Positions 19,672 to 31,127 of a stretch of DNA of 64,000 nt are shown here, piece by piece. This DNA is from an uncultured Armatimonadetes bacterium. Lineage in GTDB: Bacteria > Armatimonadota > UBA5829 > DTJY01. The DNA is taken from NCBI GenBank assembly GCA_963717145.1, contig OY970325.1:384001-448000 (forward strand), read 5' to 3'. Position 1 is the stretch's first letter, and the number at the start of each line of letters is the position of its first letter. The notes under the pieces are model-generated. The model did no database searches. It saw nothing but the letters and a program-made list of their open reading frames with translations, and was not told where the DNA came from. The position numbers and the translations under genes were made by a program.

Positions 19672-21805
19672 ACTGCAAGCAAGTGACTAATCTGCTTTCT
19701 CAATACATGGATGGGGATCTCTCTCCACGCGATGCTTCTCAGGTGCAGGCGCACATCCTCGCATGCCGGTGCTGCGCAGATGCCCTGGAGAAGCTGACGA
19801 AGGCCGTCGAGACTCTTGACGCCATGCGGAGGGACGAGCCGGAGGTCGATCTCTACAACGCGTTCCGAAGCCGACTGGCGCAAAGCTCCCGCAAGCGCCG
19901 GCCAGCTATTGCCCTCCCGGCGATCCGTAGATGGGCGGTTGCAGGGATGGCGCTCATGCTCATTCTCGGCGGGAGTCTGATCGGTTCGTGGCTCAAGCGG
20001 CCTCAGGTGCTCTACGTCTCGCATGCCCGATCGGCGGGGTACTCCGCTTACTCCTCGATCGCCATCGCGGCCGATATGGCTCAGAACCGCTGGGACGTGG
20101 ACGCGCCGTTGGTTGCTGATACCAGGCTCCAAGCGAGGATCGATGTAAGGGCGCGTGGCGAAATGCTCGGCAAGGTGCTCAGTGTGATCAGCGACCGGTC
20201 CGGGGTGGAGATCGGGGCCGCGCCTGACGTGGCTTCCCAACGCGTCTACTTGCGCCTCGATGATGTTCAGATTGCCGAAGCGTTGGCGAAGATCCGCCGC
20301 CTGCTCGATCTCGACTGGAAGGTGACCGGAACCGGATCCGGGCGCAGCTACCAGCTCATCTGCACCGAGCACGTGAGGAGGATGTCGTCTGCGGTGGCCG
20401 AGGCCCAGGCATTCTCCCAGGCCGAGGAAACCCTGCGGAGGATCAAGCAGGCCATCGAACTTCGCGATCCCGGCCTGATTGAGAAGCTGCCGTTCAACGG
20501 CGCCTACTCCGTCAGCTCAGACATCCGAAAGCTGCGGACGGATCCGACCACAAGATCGATCCTCAGTCCGCTCCGTATTTCCTCATCGACGACGAGGTCA
20601 TCTCGACATTGATGGCCGGTCAGCAGTATGTGAGGCAGTATGGTCGCATGACGGAAGCGCAGAAGGCCCTCTTCCTGCGCTGGTTATATCAGGAAGAGCG
20701 TAAGCCTGATGCGAAGGCAAAGCTGATCATCCGTCTTGCAGACCTGGATGACGGCTCAATCAACCTGCAGTTCGAGAACGATTGGGGTTACGGTGTCTCC
20801 ACGACAGGCACGAGCGTGTTCAGTCCAACGATCGCCAACCGCAACACCAACAGGCTGACGGCTGCCCACGTGGATGAGGTCTATCGGACCGCACGGGAGT
20901 CTAGCGGGATGTACGACGATCCGCGGCTCAATGTGAACCTGGGAAATGGCGTCTACGGCGACAATACGCTCTTTCGGCACAAGCCGACGTACACACTCAT
21001 GGAGATGCTCGATCTGATCACCGAGCGCACGAACCTGTCGATCCTGTCAGACTACTACACCATCCAGGAGCAGGATAACCGCATGCTTCCGAGGGAGCTT
21101 ACCCTCGGCGAACTTCTGGCGCTGCTGGACCACGACTTCAACATCGCGTGGGACCTCTCGCCGGACAACACGCTCCGCCTGGTACACAGGCAGTGGCCTC
21201 TCCTCCGTGAGTCCGAGCCGGACTGGGGTATCGTGGCGGAACTGAAGTCCTCACTTCGCTCGACCGGTAAGTTCACCATGTCGCAGTTGATCAGGCTGAC
21301 AGGGCTCAGTAAGCTGCGACTCAACGGCACAATGTCGGCGGTCGGCGATGCGGGTATCAAGGGCAATGCGATCGGCCTGGTCGAGAACATGCGGGAGGAA
21401 CTCAAGGCGTACGCGTGCCTGTCGCCGGATCAGATCCTTTCCCTAGAGTCCTCCGCCGGTCTGTCGAGCGCTACGCTCAACCGGGAGCAGAAGCGCCTGC
21501 TCTGTCTGGCCGCGCACGAGATCCTGTACGGGTGCAGTTCGAACTACACAGCGGCGGATATGGAGAAGGAGTTCATGGTGCGCCTGATCCGGAAGCGGTG
21601 TGCCGGCACGGAGGTTGAGAGGATCGTCGGCGCCAGATTGTTCATGCCGGGTGGGGGAATCATGGTTGGCGGGAAGCAATTCAAGTTCTGGACCGACAAC
21701 AGCGCCGATTCGAGCAACTCGAAGACCGTCAAGGACTACGTGGTGATGAAGTTCACCGGAGATTACGACTGTGCCGCGGCGTTCAGCATGCCGGAGGCAC
21801 ACTGA
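19668..21805 (+). CDS. Zinc-finger anti-sigma factor with TM helix and large extracytoplasmic region; one frameshift near 20575
   Basis: HILACRCC (HxxxCxxC), TM segment, ATGA coupling to the sigma gene; continues in ORF 20609-21805. Confidence 0.7.
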
Positions 21806-21897
21806 CCGGCCTAGCGTTGACGGCCCGCCGCTCGTCTGCTATCATCAGGGCGAGCCTCTCAGCATTCAAACTGAGGCTGCGCGAAAGAGGAGCCGCC

Positions 21898-22902
21898 ATG
21901 TCCGGATCCCGGTTCTATCACATCTCTCCGCAGGGACAACTCGATCGTGTCTCCGCCCTGGCTGATGCGCTCGAGGCGGTCAAGACCGGGGGGTACATAT
22001 GGCTGGATTACTGCGAGCCGACGAAGGCGGAGCTTTCGGTTCTCATCGAACCCCTGGGCCTCCATCCGCTCTCCATCGAGGATTGTGTCGATCAGAACGA
22101 GGTCCCCAAGATCGAGGATTTCCCGGGAAACGTCTTCATCATCTTCAATTCTTTCAGCTATGCCGACACGGAACTCTCGATCGATGAGGTGGACCTGTTC
22201 CTCGGCAAGGACTTCCTCGTCACCGTGAGCGGATTCTGCGCGGAGGGGCGACGGCCTCTGCAGGGAATCGAGCAGATCATCGAGACCCATCCGGAAAGCG
22301 TTGCGGATGGGCCGGCCTTCCTGATGCACGTGATCCTTGACCGCATCGTCGATGAGAAGTTCGTCGCGATCGAAGCGCTCGAGGACGACATGGACAAGGC
22401 GGAGGAGGCGCTGTTGGCCGCCCCGGCCGATTTCAGTCCGCAGGAGATTCTCCGCCTGCGCCGCGATCTACTGGCGCTTCGAAAGAGTCTCTTCCACGAG
22501 CGAGAGATCCTCGTGAAGATCTCCCGCAAGGATTTCCCGTTCATTTCGGACAAGGCGATATTCCACTACCGGGACATCTATGACCACCTCGCCAGGTCGT
22601 TCGAGTTGGCCGAAACCTACAGAGACATCCTGACCAGCCTCATGGAGCTGTATGCCTCGATGCTGAACAACCTCATGGCGAAGAGCGCGAACGAGATGAA
22701 CTCCACCGTCAGGCGGCTGACGTTCATCACGACTGTCTTCATGCCCCTCACGCTTCTCGCCAGCATCGGCGGGATGTCGGAGTGGACGATGATGACCGGG
22801 CCTCACAACTGGAAGGTCGCGTATTCCGTGTTCATACTGGCGATGGCTGTCATAGGAGTCGTGAACTACTACCTGCTAAGGCGGATCGAAAGGCCGCGCT
22901 GA
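21898..22902 (+). CDS. corA: CorA-family Mg2+/divalent cation transporter
   Basis: LHPLSIED, YRDIYDH, C-terminal TMs with GGMS (variant of GMN). Confidence 0.88.
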   Translation: MSGSRFYHISPQGQLDRVSALADALEAVKTGGYIWLDYCEPTKAELSVLIEPLGLHPLSIEDCVDQNEVPKIEDFPGNVFIIFNSFSYADTELSIDEVDLFLGKDFLVTVSGFCAEGRRPLQGIEQIIETHPESVADGPAFLMHVILDRIVDEKFVAIEALEDDMDKAEEALLAAPADFSPQEILRLRRDLLALRKSLFHEREILVKISRKDFPFISDKAIFHYRDIYDHLARSFELAETYRDILTSLMELYASMLNNLMAKSANEMNSTVRRLTFITTVFMPLTLLASIGGMSEWTMMTGPHNWKVAYSVFILAMAVIGVVNYYLLRRIERPR

Positions 22903-22929
22903 AACCACCAAGCTGGAGGGAGCACCGAT

Positions 22930-24993
22930 ATGCATATCCGATCTGCGACACTTATCATAGTCATCTGCGCGACGCTGATCTTGATCCGAACCGCAGAGTG
23001 CGCCAACCTGGGTCTGGACGGAGAACGGGAGTTTGCCAAGTTCGATGAGTCAACCGGACGCCTCATCGAACTCGGGGCAGGGCCGGAGGTTCCGATCGCA
23101 GAGTCGGGTGGAGGATTCAGCGCCTACGACTTCAAAGCCAAGCGCGAGATCCCGTTCACCCCGCGAGTGCCGACGAGGTCAGGTGAGGTGATCTCATCGG
23201 TCTGGTCGGGCGAGGACCTGTCGTGCGAGATCGAATACAAGCTCGTCGGCTCGGCCGTGATGGTCACCGGCAAGCTGAAGAACTCCCTTCCGATGAATCG
23301 CGCGGTCGTGCTCTCATACACGATCCCGCTCACCGGCGAGAAGCTGATGTTCTCTCCATCCCTGAACGAGACCGTCGCCATCGGACCGGGGGTCTCCGGG
23401 GAGGGATCGGTGTATCCGATCGCGGCGATGTGGGGGAAAGGGCCGGGAGTCGCGTTGGCGATCCCGCCGACCACGCCATGCATGTTCAAGATGACCGGCT
23501 CGACGGAGGGACTCACGCTCCGCATGTACCTCGGGCTCTCACCATATACCAATCCGGCGGGAATGGCGTCGTTCTCCTTCATGATCTATATGTCCAACCC
23601 GCAGTGGGGCTTCCGCGACGCACTCCAGCGATACTACGACATGTTTCCCGACCACTATCGACATCACGGGAAGGGCGACGGCCTCTGGATGTTCCAGACC
23701 TCCGGCCCGCCGAACCTCGGTGACTTCCTGTACGACGAGACGTCGATGAGTGCGAAGTACTCCGAGACCCTGGAGCGCGATCACAAGAACGGCCAGCTCA
23801 CGTTCCCCTACATGATCGTCGGCCAGCGCGAGATCAAGGGCCTCGACGGATTGCCCAAGACATACGAGGAGGCGATGGCCGCCTACGATGCGTGGAGTCC
23901 GCCGAAGACTGCTCTTGATGTGAAGGAGGCGCTCGCGGCAGGTGGGGATGTCTTCCTCAAGCAGGAAGTGGAAAGTTCGGCACTCAAGGAACTGGACCGC
24001 AGGTACAACATCCAGATCCGCAACACCGACTGGGGCGGCGATTCAGTGACGTTCGTGATGAACCCCGATCCCGACCTCTTCGAGGGAATGGGCATGCACA
24101 CCACCGGCGGCGATGCGATGAAGCGAATCCATGAGCGGCTGAAGGAGTACCCCGCGACCGACGGCATCTACATCGACTCGCTCGGCTCGAACTGGTGCGC
24201 GAAGTTGAACTACCGGCGGGATCATTTCCGATTCGCCGATCAGCCGCTGACCTTCGATAAGGATGGAAACGTCTGCCTGCACAACCAGATTTCGCACTAC
24301 GAGTTTCTGCAGCCGCTCAGGGACGAACTCCACCGCGATGGGAAGCTTCTCTTCGCGAACGGTGTCTACAATTACTTGTCGAAGGAGATCGAATACGCCG
24401 ACGTGAAGGACACGGGGCGTTTCTTCCTCGCAGCGCTGGTCGATGTCGCCGGCGCGGAGTCGAGCACTCCGTCGCAGGACCGCTGGGAGTTCTACCGCGC
24501 GGCGATGTTTCAGAAGCCATACCTCGTCCTCAAGTACCATTGGGAGAACGCCGAGAATGTGCAAGAGGTCTTCAACCAGGCGGTCTGCTATGGGGTCTTC
24601 GTCACATGCTCCAACGGCCTGGGGAAGGTTTACTGGACCGACCCGAACGGTTTCCCGAGGGACACAACACTCTATGAGTGGTACGTCCCCCTCGTCCGAA
24701 CGCTCTCCAAGGCGGGATGGGAGCCGGTTACCTGGGCCTCGTCGCCAACGGAGGGCCTCCGCTTCGAGCGATATGGCAGCGGGGACGAGGTCTACTTCAC
24801 GATGTACAACCCCGGCCCGGAACAGGAATGCGCGCTCCACATCGACGCCGGATCGCTCCGACTCCCGAAGGACGCGAAGGTCGAGCAGATCTCGGGCGCT
24901 GGGTTCGTCTCAGCGGAAGCCACCGGCACCCGGCTCACCGTCCGCACGAAGATAGCATCGAAGCGCACAGCGGTGATCCGGGTCTCATCGTAA
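22930..24993 (+). CDS. Secreted protein, possible glycoside-hydrolase-like
   Basis: N-terminal signal peptide; DGIYIDS barrel-type motif. Confidence 0.55.
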   Translation: MHIRSATLIIVICATLILIRTAECANLGLDGEREFAKFDESTGRLIELGAGPEVPIAESGGGFSAYDFKAKREIPFTPRVPTRSGEVISSVWSGEDLSCEIEYKLVGSAVMVTGKLKNSLPMNRAVVLSYTIPLTGEKLMFSPSLNETVAIGPGVSGEGSVYPIAAMWGKGPGVALAIPPTTPCMFKMTGSTEGLTLRMYLGLSPYTNPAGMASFSFMIYMSNPQWGFRDALQRYYDMFPDHYRHHGKGDGLWMFQTSGPPNLGDFLYDETSMSAKYSETLERDHKNGQLTFPYMIVGQREIKGLDGLPKTYEEAMAAYDAWSPPKTALDVKEALAAGGDVFLKQEVESSALKELDRRYNIQIRNTDWGGDSVTFVMNPDPDLFEGMGMHTTGGDAMKRIHERLKEYPATDGIYIDSLGSNWCAKLNYRRDHFRFADQPLTFDKDGNVCLHNQISHYEFLQPLRDELHRDGKLLFANGVYNYLSKEIEYADVKDTGRFFLAALVDVAGAESSTPSQDRWEFYRAAMFQKPYLVLKYHWENAENVQEVFNQAVCYGVFVTCSNGLGKVYWTDPNGFPRDTTLYEWYVPLVRTLSKAGWEPVTWASSPTEGLRFERYGSGDEVYFTMYNPGPEQECALHIDAGSLRLPKDAKVEQISGAGFVSAEATGTRLTVRTKIASKRTAVIRVSS

Positions 24994-25012
24994 ACAATGA
25001 GCCTGGCGCGGC

Positions 25013-25070
25013 CAAAGCATGCTGAAGCAAGCTGCGGACCCCAATCCCCAGCTTGCTTCAGCATGCTTTG
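25013..25070. repeat. 22-bp inverted repeat between convergent genes
   Basis: CAAAGCATGCTGAAGCAAGCTG and its reverse complement; lone arm at 13707-13725. Confidence 0.85.
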
Positions 25071-25076
25071 TGACGA

Positions 25077-26642
25077 TTAGCATGGGGGTTTGAACCCCAT
25101 GCCGCCGAGCGTCCGTCGCACCGCATCTTCCCATCCGGCATAGAGTGCATCGGCTTCCGCCCGAGTGATCGTTGGGGAGAAGATGCGGTCCTCCTGCCAG
25201 CAGGCGCGGATCTCGTCGGCGTCCGTCCAGTATCCGACCGCCAGGCCCGCGAGATACGCTGCCCCGAGTGAGGTCGTTTCTATCGTCCTTGGGCGGACGA
25301 CTTCGACCCCGAGAATGTCCGCCTGGAACTGGCAGAGGAAGTCGTTCGCCACCGCACCACCATCGACCTTCAGGCTCGGGATCGCGAGGCAGGAATCCTT
25401 CTGCATCGCCTCCAATACGTCGCGGGTCTGGTAGCACATCGCCTCCAGGGCGGCCCGGACGAGGTGCGCGGAGGTCGTGCCGCGTGTCAGGCCGAAGATC
25501 GCCCCGCGCGCGTCCTGGTCCCAGTAAGGCGCTCCGAGACCGGTCAACGCCGGGACGAAGTACACCCCCGCGTTGTCCGGGAGTGACGCCGCCATCCGCT
25601 CGGATTCCTGCGCCGACGGGAGGATGCCGAGTCCGTCCCTCAGCCACTGGATCGCCGCGCCTGCCACGAACACGGCTCCTTCCAAAGCGTAGACCGGCTC
25701 TCCTTTCGACCCGCAAGCGATGGTGACGATCAGCCCGTGCTCGGAGCGGGGGCGAATCTTCCCGGCGTTCATCAGGATGAAGCTGCCCGTGCCGTAGGTG
25801 TTCTTGATCGTCCCCGGCTCGAAGCATGCCTGGCCGAAGAGCGCGGCCTGCTGGTCGCCCGCGATCCCGCTGATCGGTATCCCCGCCGGAATCCCAATCC
25901 CCCCCTTGCCGCCACAGATGTCCCCCTTACGAAGGGGGACCGGCCTCTGGGCCGAGGGGGTTAAGTCCGCCGTATACCCGATGACGCCGGACGAGGGCCG
26001 GACCACCGGGAGCATGGACACGGGAATCCCGAAGCGCCCGAGGATCTCCTCGTCCCAGCAAAGTGTGTCGATATTGAAGAGCATCGTTCGCGAGGCATTG
26101 GTGAAGTCGGTCGCATGGACCTGCCCACCTGTGAGCTTCCAGAGGACCCACGAGTCCGTCGTCCCGAAGAGCAGCCGCCCCGCATCGGCCTTTTCCCGCG
26201 CACCGGGGACATTGCGGAGGATCCATTCGATCTTCGTCGCCGAGAAGTAGGCATCGACCGGGAGGCCGGTTCGCTCGCGGATCGAGTCGGTGAGGGCCGG
26301 AGTGCGGTTCAGCTCGTCACATCGCTCGGCGGTCCGGCGGCACTGCCACACAATCGCGTTGGAAACCGGCTCACCGGTCTCCCGGTCCCAGACAACGGTT
26401 GTCTCCCGCTGGTTGGTGATCCCGATCGCCGCGATGGATGAGGGCGGGACCTGTGCGAGGACCTCCATCACCGTGGAGTGAACGCTCCGCCAGATCTCCT
26501 CCGGGTCATGCTCGACCCATCCGGGCCTGGGGAAGTGCTGGGTGAACTCCTGGTACGCGGCGGCGACCTGCATCCCCTGCCTGTCGTACACGATCGCCCG
26601 GCTCCCGGTCGTCCCCTGGTCTATCGCGAGGATGTATTCCAT
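25077..26642 (-). CDS. glpK: Glycerol kinase with in-frame palindromic insert
   Basis: [32 protein letters not shown]. Confidence 0.95.
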   Translation of the reverse strand: MEYILAIDQGTTGSRAIVYDRQGMQVAAAYQEFTQHFPRPGWVEHDPEEIWRSVHSTVMEVLAQVPPSSIAAIGITNQRETTVVWDRETGEPVSNAIVWQCRRTAERCDELNRTPALTDSIRERTGLPVDAYFSATKIEWILRNVPGAREKADAGRLLFGTTDSWVLWKLTGGQVHATDFTNASRTMLFNIDTLCWDEEILGRFGIPVSMLPVVRPSSGVIGYTADLTPSAQRPVPLRKGDICGGKGGIGIPAGIPISGIAGDQQAALFGQACFEPGTIKNTYGTGSFILMNAGKIRPRSEHGLIVTIACGSKGEPVYALEGAVFVAGAAIQWLRDGLGILPSAQESERMAASLPDNAGVYFVPALTGLGAPYWDQDARGAIFGLTRGTTSAHLVRAALEAMCYQTRDVLEAMQKDSCLAIPSLKVDGGAVANDFLCQFQADILGVEVVRPRTIETTSLGAAYLAGLAVGYWTDADEIRACWQEDRIFSPTITRAEADALYAGWEDAVRRTLGGMGFKPPC

Positions 26643-26643
26643 G

Positions 26644-27036
26644 TCATTCCTCGAGCCAATGCCCTGGAAGCAGTTCCCGCAGGGGAACGACGACTTCCTC
26701 CGACATGATCACCATGCAATCCAGGTTGCGGATATCCAACTGAGCCATGGTCTCCCTGCACCGTCCGCAAGGTGGCAGGACTCCGCCACGTTTCACTGCC
26801 ACCGCGTCGACGATGTGGGTCTCGCCATTCTTGATCATCTCTGCCATTGCCGCAACTTCCGCGCAGAATCCGAGGCCGCATGCCAGGTCAATGCAGACCC
26901 CGGTGTAGATGTTGCCGGCCACAGTGCGGATGGCAGCACCTACTCCGCCGGCGGAGAAATCCTTTCTGAGCGGGATATCCCTGCAGACAGCCGTCGCCGC
27001 CTGAATCAACTCGTTCCGCGATTTCGCATTCCGCAT
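26644..27036 (-). CDS. cdd: Cytidine deaminase family
   Basis: FCAE and PCGRCRE zinc motifs. Confidence 0.85.
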   Translation of the reverse strand: MRNAKSRNELIQAATAVCRDIPLRKDFSAGGVGAAIRTVAGNIYTGVCIDLACGLGFCAEVAAMAEMIKNGETHIVDAVAVKRGGVLPPCGRCRETMAQLDIRNLDCMVIMSEEVVVPLRELLPGHWLEE

Positions 27037-27042
27037 TCCACA

Positions 27043-27948
27043 TTACCCCTTGATCCCGCTCAGCTTGATGCCCTCGACGAAGTAGCGCTGGTTGAAGATG
27101 AAGAGCAGCAGGACGGGGATCAGCGCGATCATCGAGCCGGCCATGAGCTGCGTGTAGTTCGTCGCGTGCTGGCCGACGAAGTACCGCAGGCCGATCGGGA
27201 GAGTGCGCAGCGCCTCGGTGACGGTCACGATCAGCGGCCACATGTAACTCCCCCAGAAGCCCATGAACGTGAACGTCGTCAGCGTCGCGAGCGCGGGCTT
27301 GCTGAGCGGGAGGATCACCCTCGCGAAGATGCCGATGTAGCCCGAGCCGTCGATCTTCGCGGCGTCCTCGAGTTCCGACGGCAGGCCCATGAAGAACTGC
27401 CGGAGCATGAACGTGCCGTACGCGCTGAACAGGCCGGGGATGATCAGCGCCTGATAGGTGTTGATCCAGCCCAGACTGCTTCATGATCACGAACACGGGG
27501 ATCATCGTCACCGAGCCGGGGATCATCATCGTCGCGAGGTAGGCGAAGAAGAGCTTGTCGCGGCCGGGGAACTGCAGCCGGGCGAAGGCGAAGGCCGCCA
27601 TCGAGCTGGTCAGCACCTGGCCGAATGTGCCCACGATCGCCACGAATATGCTCGACAGATACAGGCGCGGGAAGCTGATCTCCTTCCAGGCGTCCGGGTA
27701 GTTGCCCCACCACGCGCGGATCGACTGGCCGCCGATGACCGTGTCCTGCCAGAAGAGATGCTCCGGGAGCAGGTTGATCCCGCCGCCGGGCGCGAAGACC
27801 TCGTTCGGCTGCTTGATCGACGTGCTGATCATCCACAGGAACGGCACGAGCATGCTGACCGCCCCGATGCTCAGGATGGTACAGGCCGATACGAGCCGAC
27901 TAGGCCGGTTCTGTTCCGAATCGGATTCGGATTCGAATTCCTAGTCAT
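27043..27948 (-). pseudogene. Sugar ABC permease (MalG-like), frameshifted
   Basis: FAFARLQFPGR, ELEDAAKIDG (EAA motif), NQRYFVEGI across frames. Confidence 0.85.
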
Positions 27949-29106
27949 AGGTCACCACCCTTCCGCCGAGCTCTCCACGTCAGCAGCGTCATCACGAAGT
28001 ATCACGGCGAAGAGGAACCAGGCGATCGCGGACGCGTAGCCCATGTTGAACTTCTCGAACGCCGTCTGGTAGAGGTAGTACTCGACTGTCGTCGTGCTTC
28101 CGGCGGGACCGCCGCCGGTCATCACGTTGGCGGTCATGAACCCGCCCTGGAATCCGCCGATCACGCTCATCACGAGGATGAAGAACGTCGTCGGGCTGAT
28201 CATCGGCCAGGTGACCGCCCAGAACTTCTGCCCACGGCCCCGCGCCGTCGATCTCGGCGGCCTCGTAGTAGGAGCTCGGGACGCCCTGCAGCGCGGCGAG
28301 GTAGAGGATCATGTTGTAGCCGCCGAGCCCGCCCCAGAGGCCCATCAGGATCAGCGACGGTTTCGCCCATTGCACCGTTCCGAGCCAGTCCGGCGGTGTG
28401 CCGAAGAAGACGCTGATGATCGGTACGCCTGCCGCCCGTATACTCCCATGGCCGATGAAGATCGCCGCTCCGGCACAGACCATCAGCCCGCGGAACAGCC
28501 ATTCCGGCCAGGCGAACTTCAGCTTCTCGGAGAGCCAGTGGACGAGCGACAGAACGCAGGCCGACGACCCCGAGCGCGATCACCCCGAAGAAGGCGGCGC
28601 AGAGCACGGTGAATGCGATCGCCAGCGGTTTGCTCGCGTAGATCGATTCGCCCACCATGCGGATCGATCTTGTTGATCAGGCCGATGTCCGCGTTGTAGA
28701 GGTACTTCCACAGGATCAGAAGCGCGACGCCCGAGCAGACCGCCGGCAGGAAGTAGAGCGTTCGGAAGATGACGATCCCCTTGATCTTCTGGTTCATCAT
28801 CAGCGCGGTAATGAGGCTCGCCGGCCATCCCGACCGGTATCCCCGCCATGAGGAAGACGGTGTTGTAGACGTACTGCCAGAAGAACGGATCGTTCGAGGC
28901 CAGTCGGCCTGCCCTCCCGGTGGAACCAGAGCAGGCTGTCGAAGTTCTCCAGTCCGACCCAGGTTGGCGGCTTGAAGATGTTCCAGTGCGTGAACGCCAT
29001 GACGAGCGAGACCACGACCGGGATGACTGGTGAACACCAGGAACCCCAGGAAGTTCGGCAGCAGGAATCCGTATGCGGCGAGCGCCTCGCGCTTCTTATA
29101 TGTCAT
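27941..29106 (-). pseudogene. Sugar ABC permease (MalF-like), multiply frameshifted
   Basis: YGFLLPN, FRTLYFLP, YEAAEIDGA, MGYASAIAW in different frames. Confidence 0.85.
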
Positions 29107-29147
29107 ACCGTCTCCATAGGTCACATCCGTCCCATCGGTCCCATCGC

Positions 29148-30495
29148 TCAATCCAGGAAATTCGGATTCGCCAGGTTGCGGCGGATGATCGCGTTGATCC
29201 GCCTGGCGATCGCGTCGCACGCCTGATCAGGGCTCTGCTGTCCGAGCCACATCTTGTCGAGCTCGACGCGACATGATCGCTGCCGAATCGAGCGTCGTTG
29301 ATGTACGGCGAGAACTCCTGCACCCGGGCGTACTTCATCTCGTCGAGGTGGAGCTTGTTGTTCTTCTCGTTCGGGTACTCGGGTTGTATGAGAAACGCCT
29401 TCTGTGATCGCGGCATCCTGAAGAGTCGGCATGCCGTCGCCGTAGTTCGCCACCAGGAGTTGATTGTCCATGCTCAGGAGGTGCTTGATGAAGACCAGCG
29501 CCTCGTTCTTGTTGCCGGCAGGTCTTCGGGATCGAGTAGCACTTGCTGGCAAGCAGCGTGACGCGATTCGGGCCGTGCGGGACGCTCGTCACATCCCAGT
29601 CGAGGTCCTTCTGCTCGCGGTATTGGATCGCCAGCCAGCGCCCGGAGATCATCATCGCGACCCTCGACTCGCGGAAGAGGAGCGCGTCGCTGCCCCACGC
29701 GCCGGTCGGGGCCATGCTCTGGGCCTCGCTGGTGGTCGGCATCACGTGGTGCTTCAGCCGGAGGTCTGCCCAGAAGCGAATGCCCTTCTTCGCGGCCTCG
29801 GAGTCGATCACGCAGCGCCTTGCCGTCCGGGCTGTAGAGATGCCCGTCGTGCATCCAGATGAAGAACCACCAGTCGTAGTTGCCGACGTAGAGGCCCTTC
29901 TGCGTCGGGAGCTTCCGCCCGTTCACCGTCCCTGTACTTCGTCAGCTTCTTCGCGACATCGAGGCATTCGTCCCAGGTCCAACCGGGCTTGGGGTAGGGG
30001 ATGCCCGCCTCGCGGAACAGCTTCCTGTTGTAGAAGAGCACGTATGGCCCGCAGTTCTCCGGGACGCCGACGATCTTGTCGCCGTAGTAGATGTACGGCC
30101 TGAGGCCGGGATAGAGCTTGTCCACCGGGAGCTGGTATCTCTCCACGAACGGTCGGAGGTCGAGGAGCACGTCGTTCTTGGCGAAGAGGCGGATGGTCTG
30201 CGGGTCGTAGATCGCCATCACGTCCGGCGGGACATCGCCTGCGAGCTGGGTTAGAAGCCGCTGGGCCTCAGCGCCGGGATCGTTGATGACGTCGGATGTC
30301 GGGGTGCATCGATTCGAAGAGCTTGATCTGTTCCTTGCGTATCGGATTCGGATCGACGCACCAGCGGATGACGGTCTTGCCGGGCACACTCGGGTTCGCG
30401 GTGGCGACCAGATACACACCGATTGCTATGGTGAATGCCGCGCCGAGGATGACGCCGGCGTATGTGAGGAATCTCGAGAGCTTCCCGTCCTCCAT
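29148..30495 (-). pseudogene. Sugar ABC substrate-binding protein, multiply frameshifted
   Basis: PPDV, LFYNRKLFREAGIPYP..WTWDE, VAMMISGRW across frames. Confidence 0.85.
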
Positions 30496-30686
30496 GGTAG
30501 CCCCATGATAGCTGATCGGTCGTGATCTATGCAAGGGACTTGGGATCGGGGGTACGCAATGATCTCTGAGCAGGCCAGTCGGCGATCGTCGGCAGGAATC
30601 CGATTGTGTGCCGCCCAACTGAATGACTTGGACGCCTGTGACGATCCGGCTGTTCTGACCGTCAAATCTGTAGAGGGGGCTTACGT

Positions 30687-31061
30687 ATGGCAAGAGAGAT
30701 CAAGATCAACTCCGGAGGTGTCGAGGTGGTCGCCGAACTGAACGACAGCAAGACCGCGGACGCAATCTGGAATGCCCTGCCGATCAAGGCGCAGGGCAGC
30801 ACCTGGGGTGACGAGATCTACTTCGGGATCCCGGTGCATATCGGTTACGAGAACGGACGGGAGATCGTCGATCTGGGCGACATTGCTTACTGGCCGCCGG
30901 GAAACGCCTTCTGCATCTTCTTTGGGCCGACCCCGGCGAGCAGAGGGTCTGAGATTCGCCCTGCCAGCGCGGTGAATGTCGTGGGCCGGATCAAGGGCGA
31001 TCCGACGGTCTTCAAGTCGGTGGACTCGGGGGAAGTCGTGGTCCTGGAGAAGGTCGAGTAG
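30687..31061 (+). CDS. Cyclophilin-like fold protein
   Basis: WGDEIYF, GDIAYWPPGNAFCIFFGPTP. Confidence 0.85.
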   Translation: MAREIKINSGGVEVVAELNDSKTADAIWNALPIKAQGSTWGDEIYFGIPVHIGYENGREIVDLGDIAYWPPGNAFCIFFGPTPASRGSEIRPASAVNVVGRIKGDPTVFKSVDSGEVVVLEKVE

Positions 31062-31127
31062 CTCGCCCTCCCGCTGCACATGGTGATCTGCTATAATAGT
31101 CCTGCAATCAGGATAAGGAGTTGACAA

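Noticed and set aside
17860-30300. Programmed frameshifting or phase variation in GH38 and ABC genes
   Set aside because: Too many scattered indels, with no slippery heptamers or long homopolymers.
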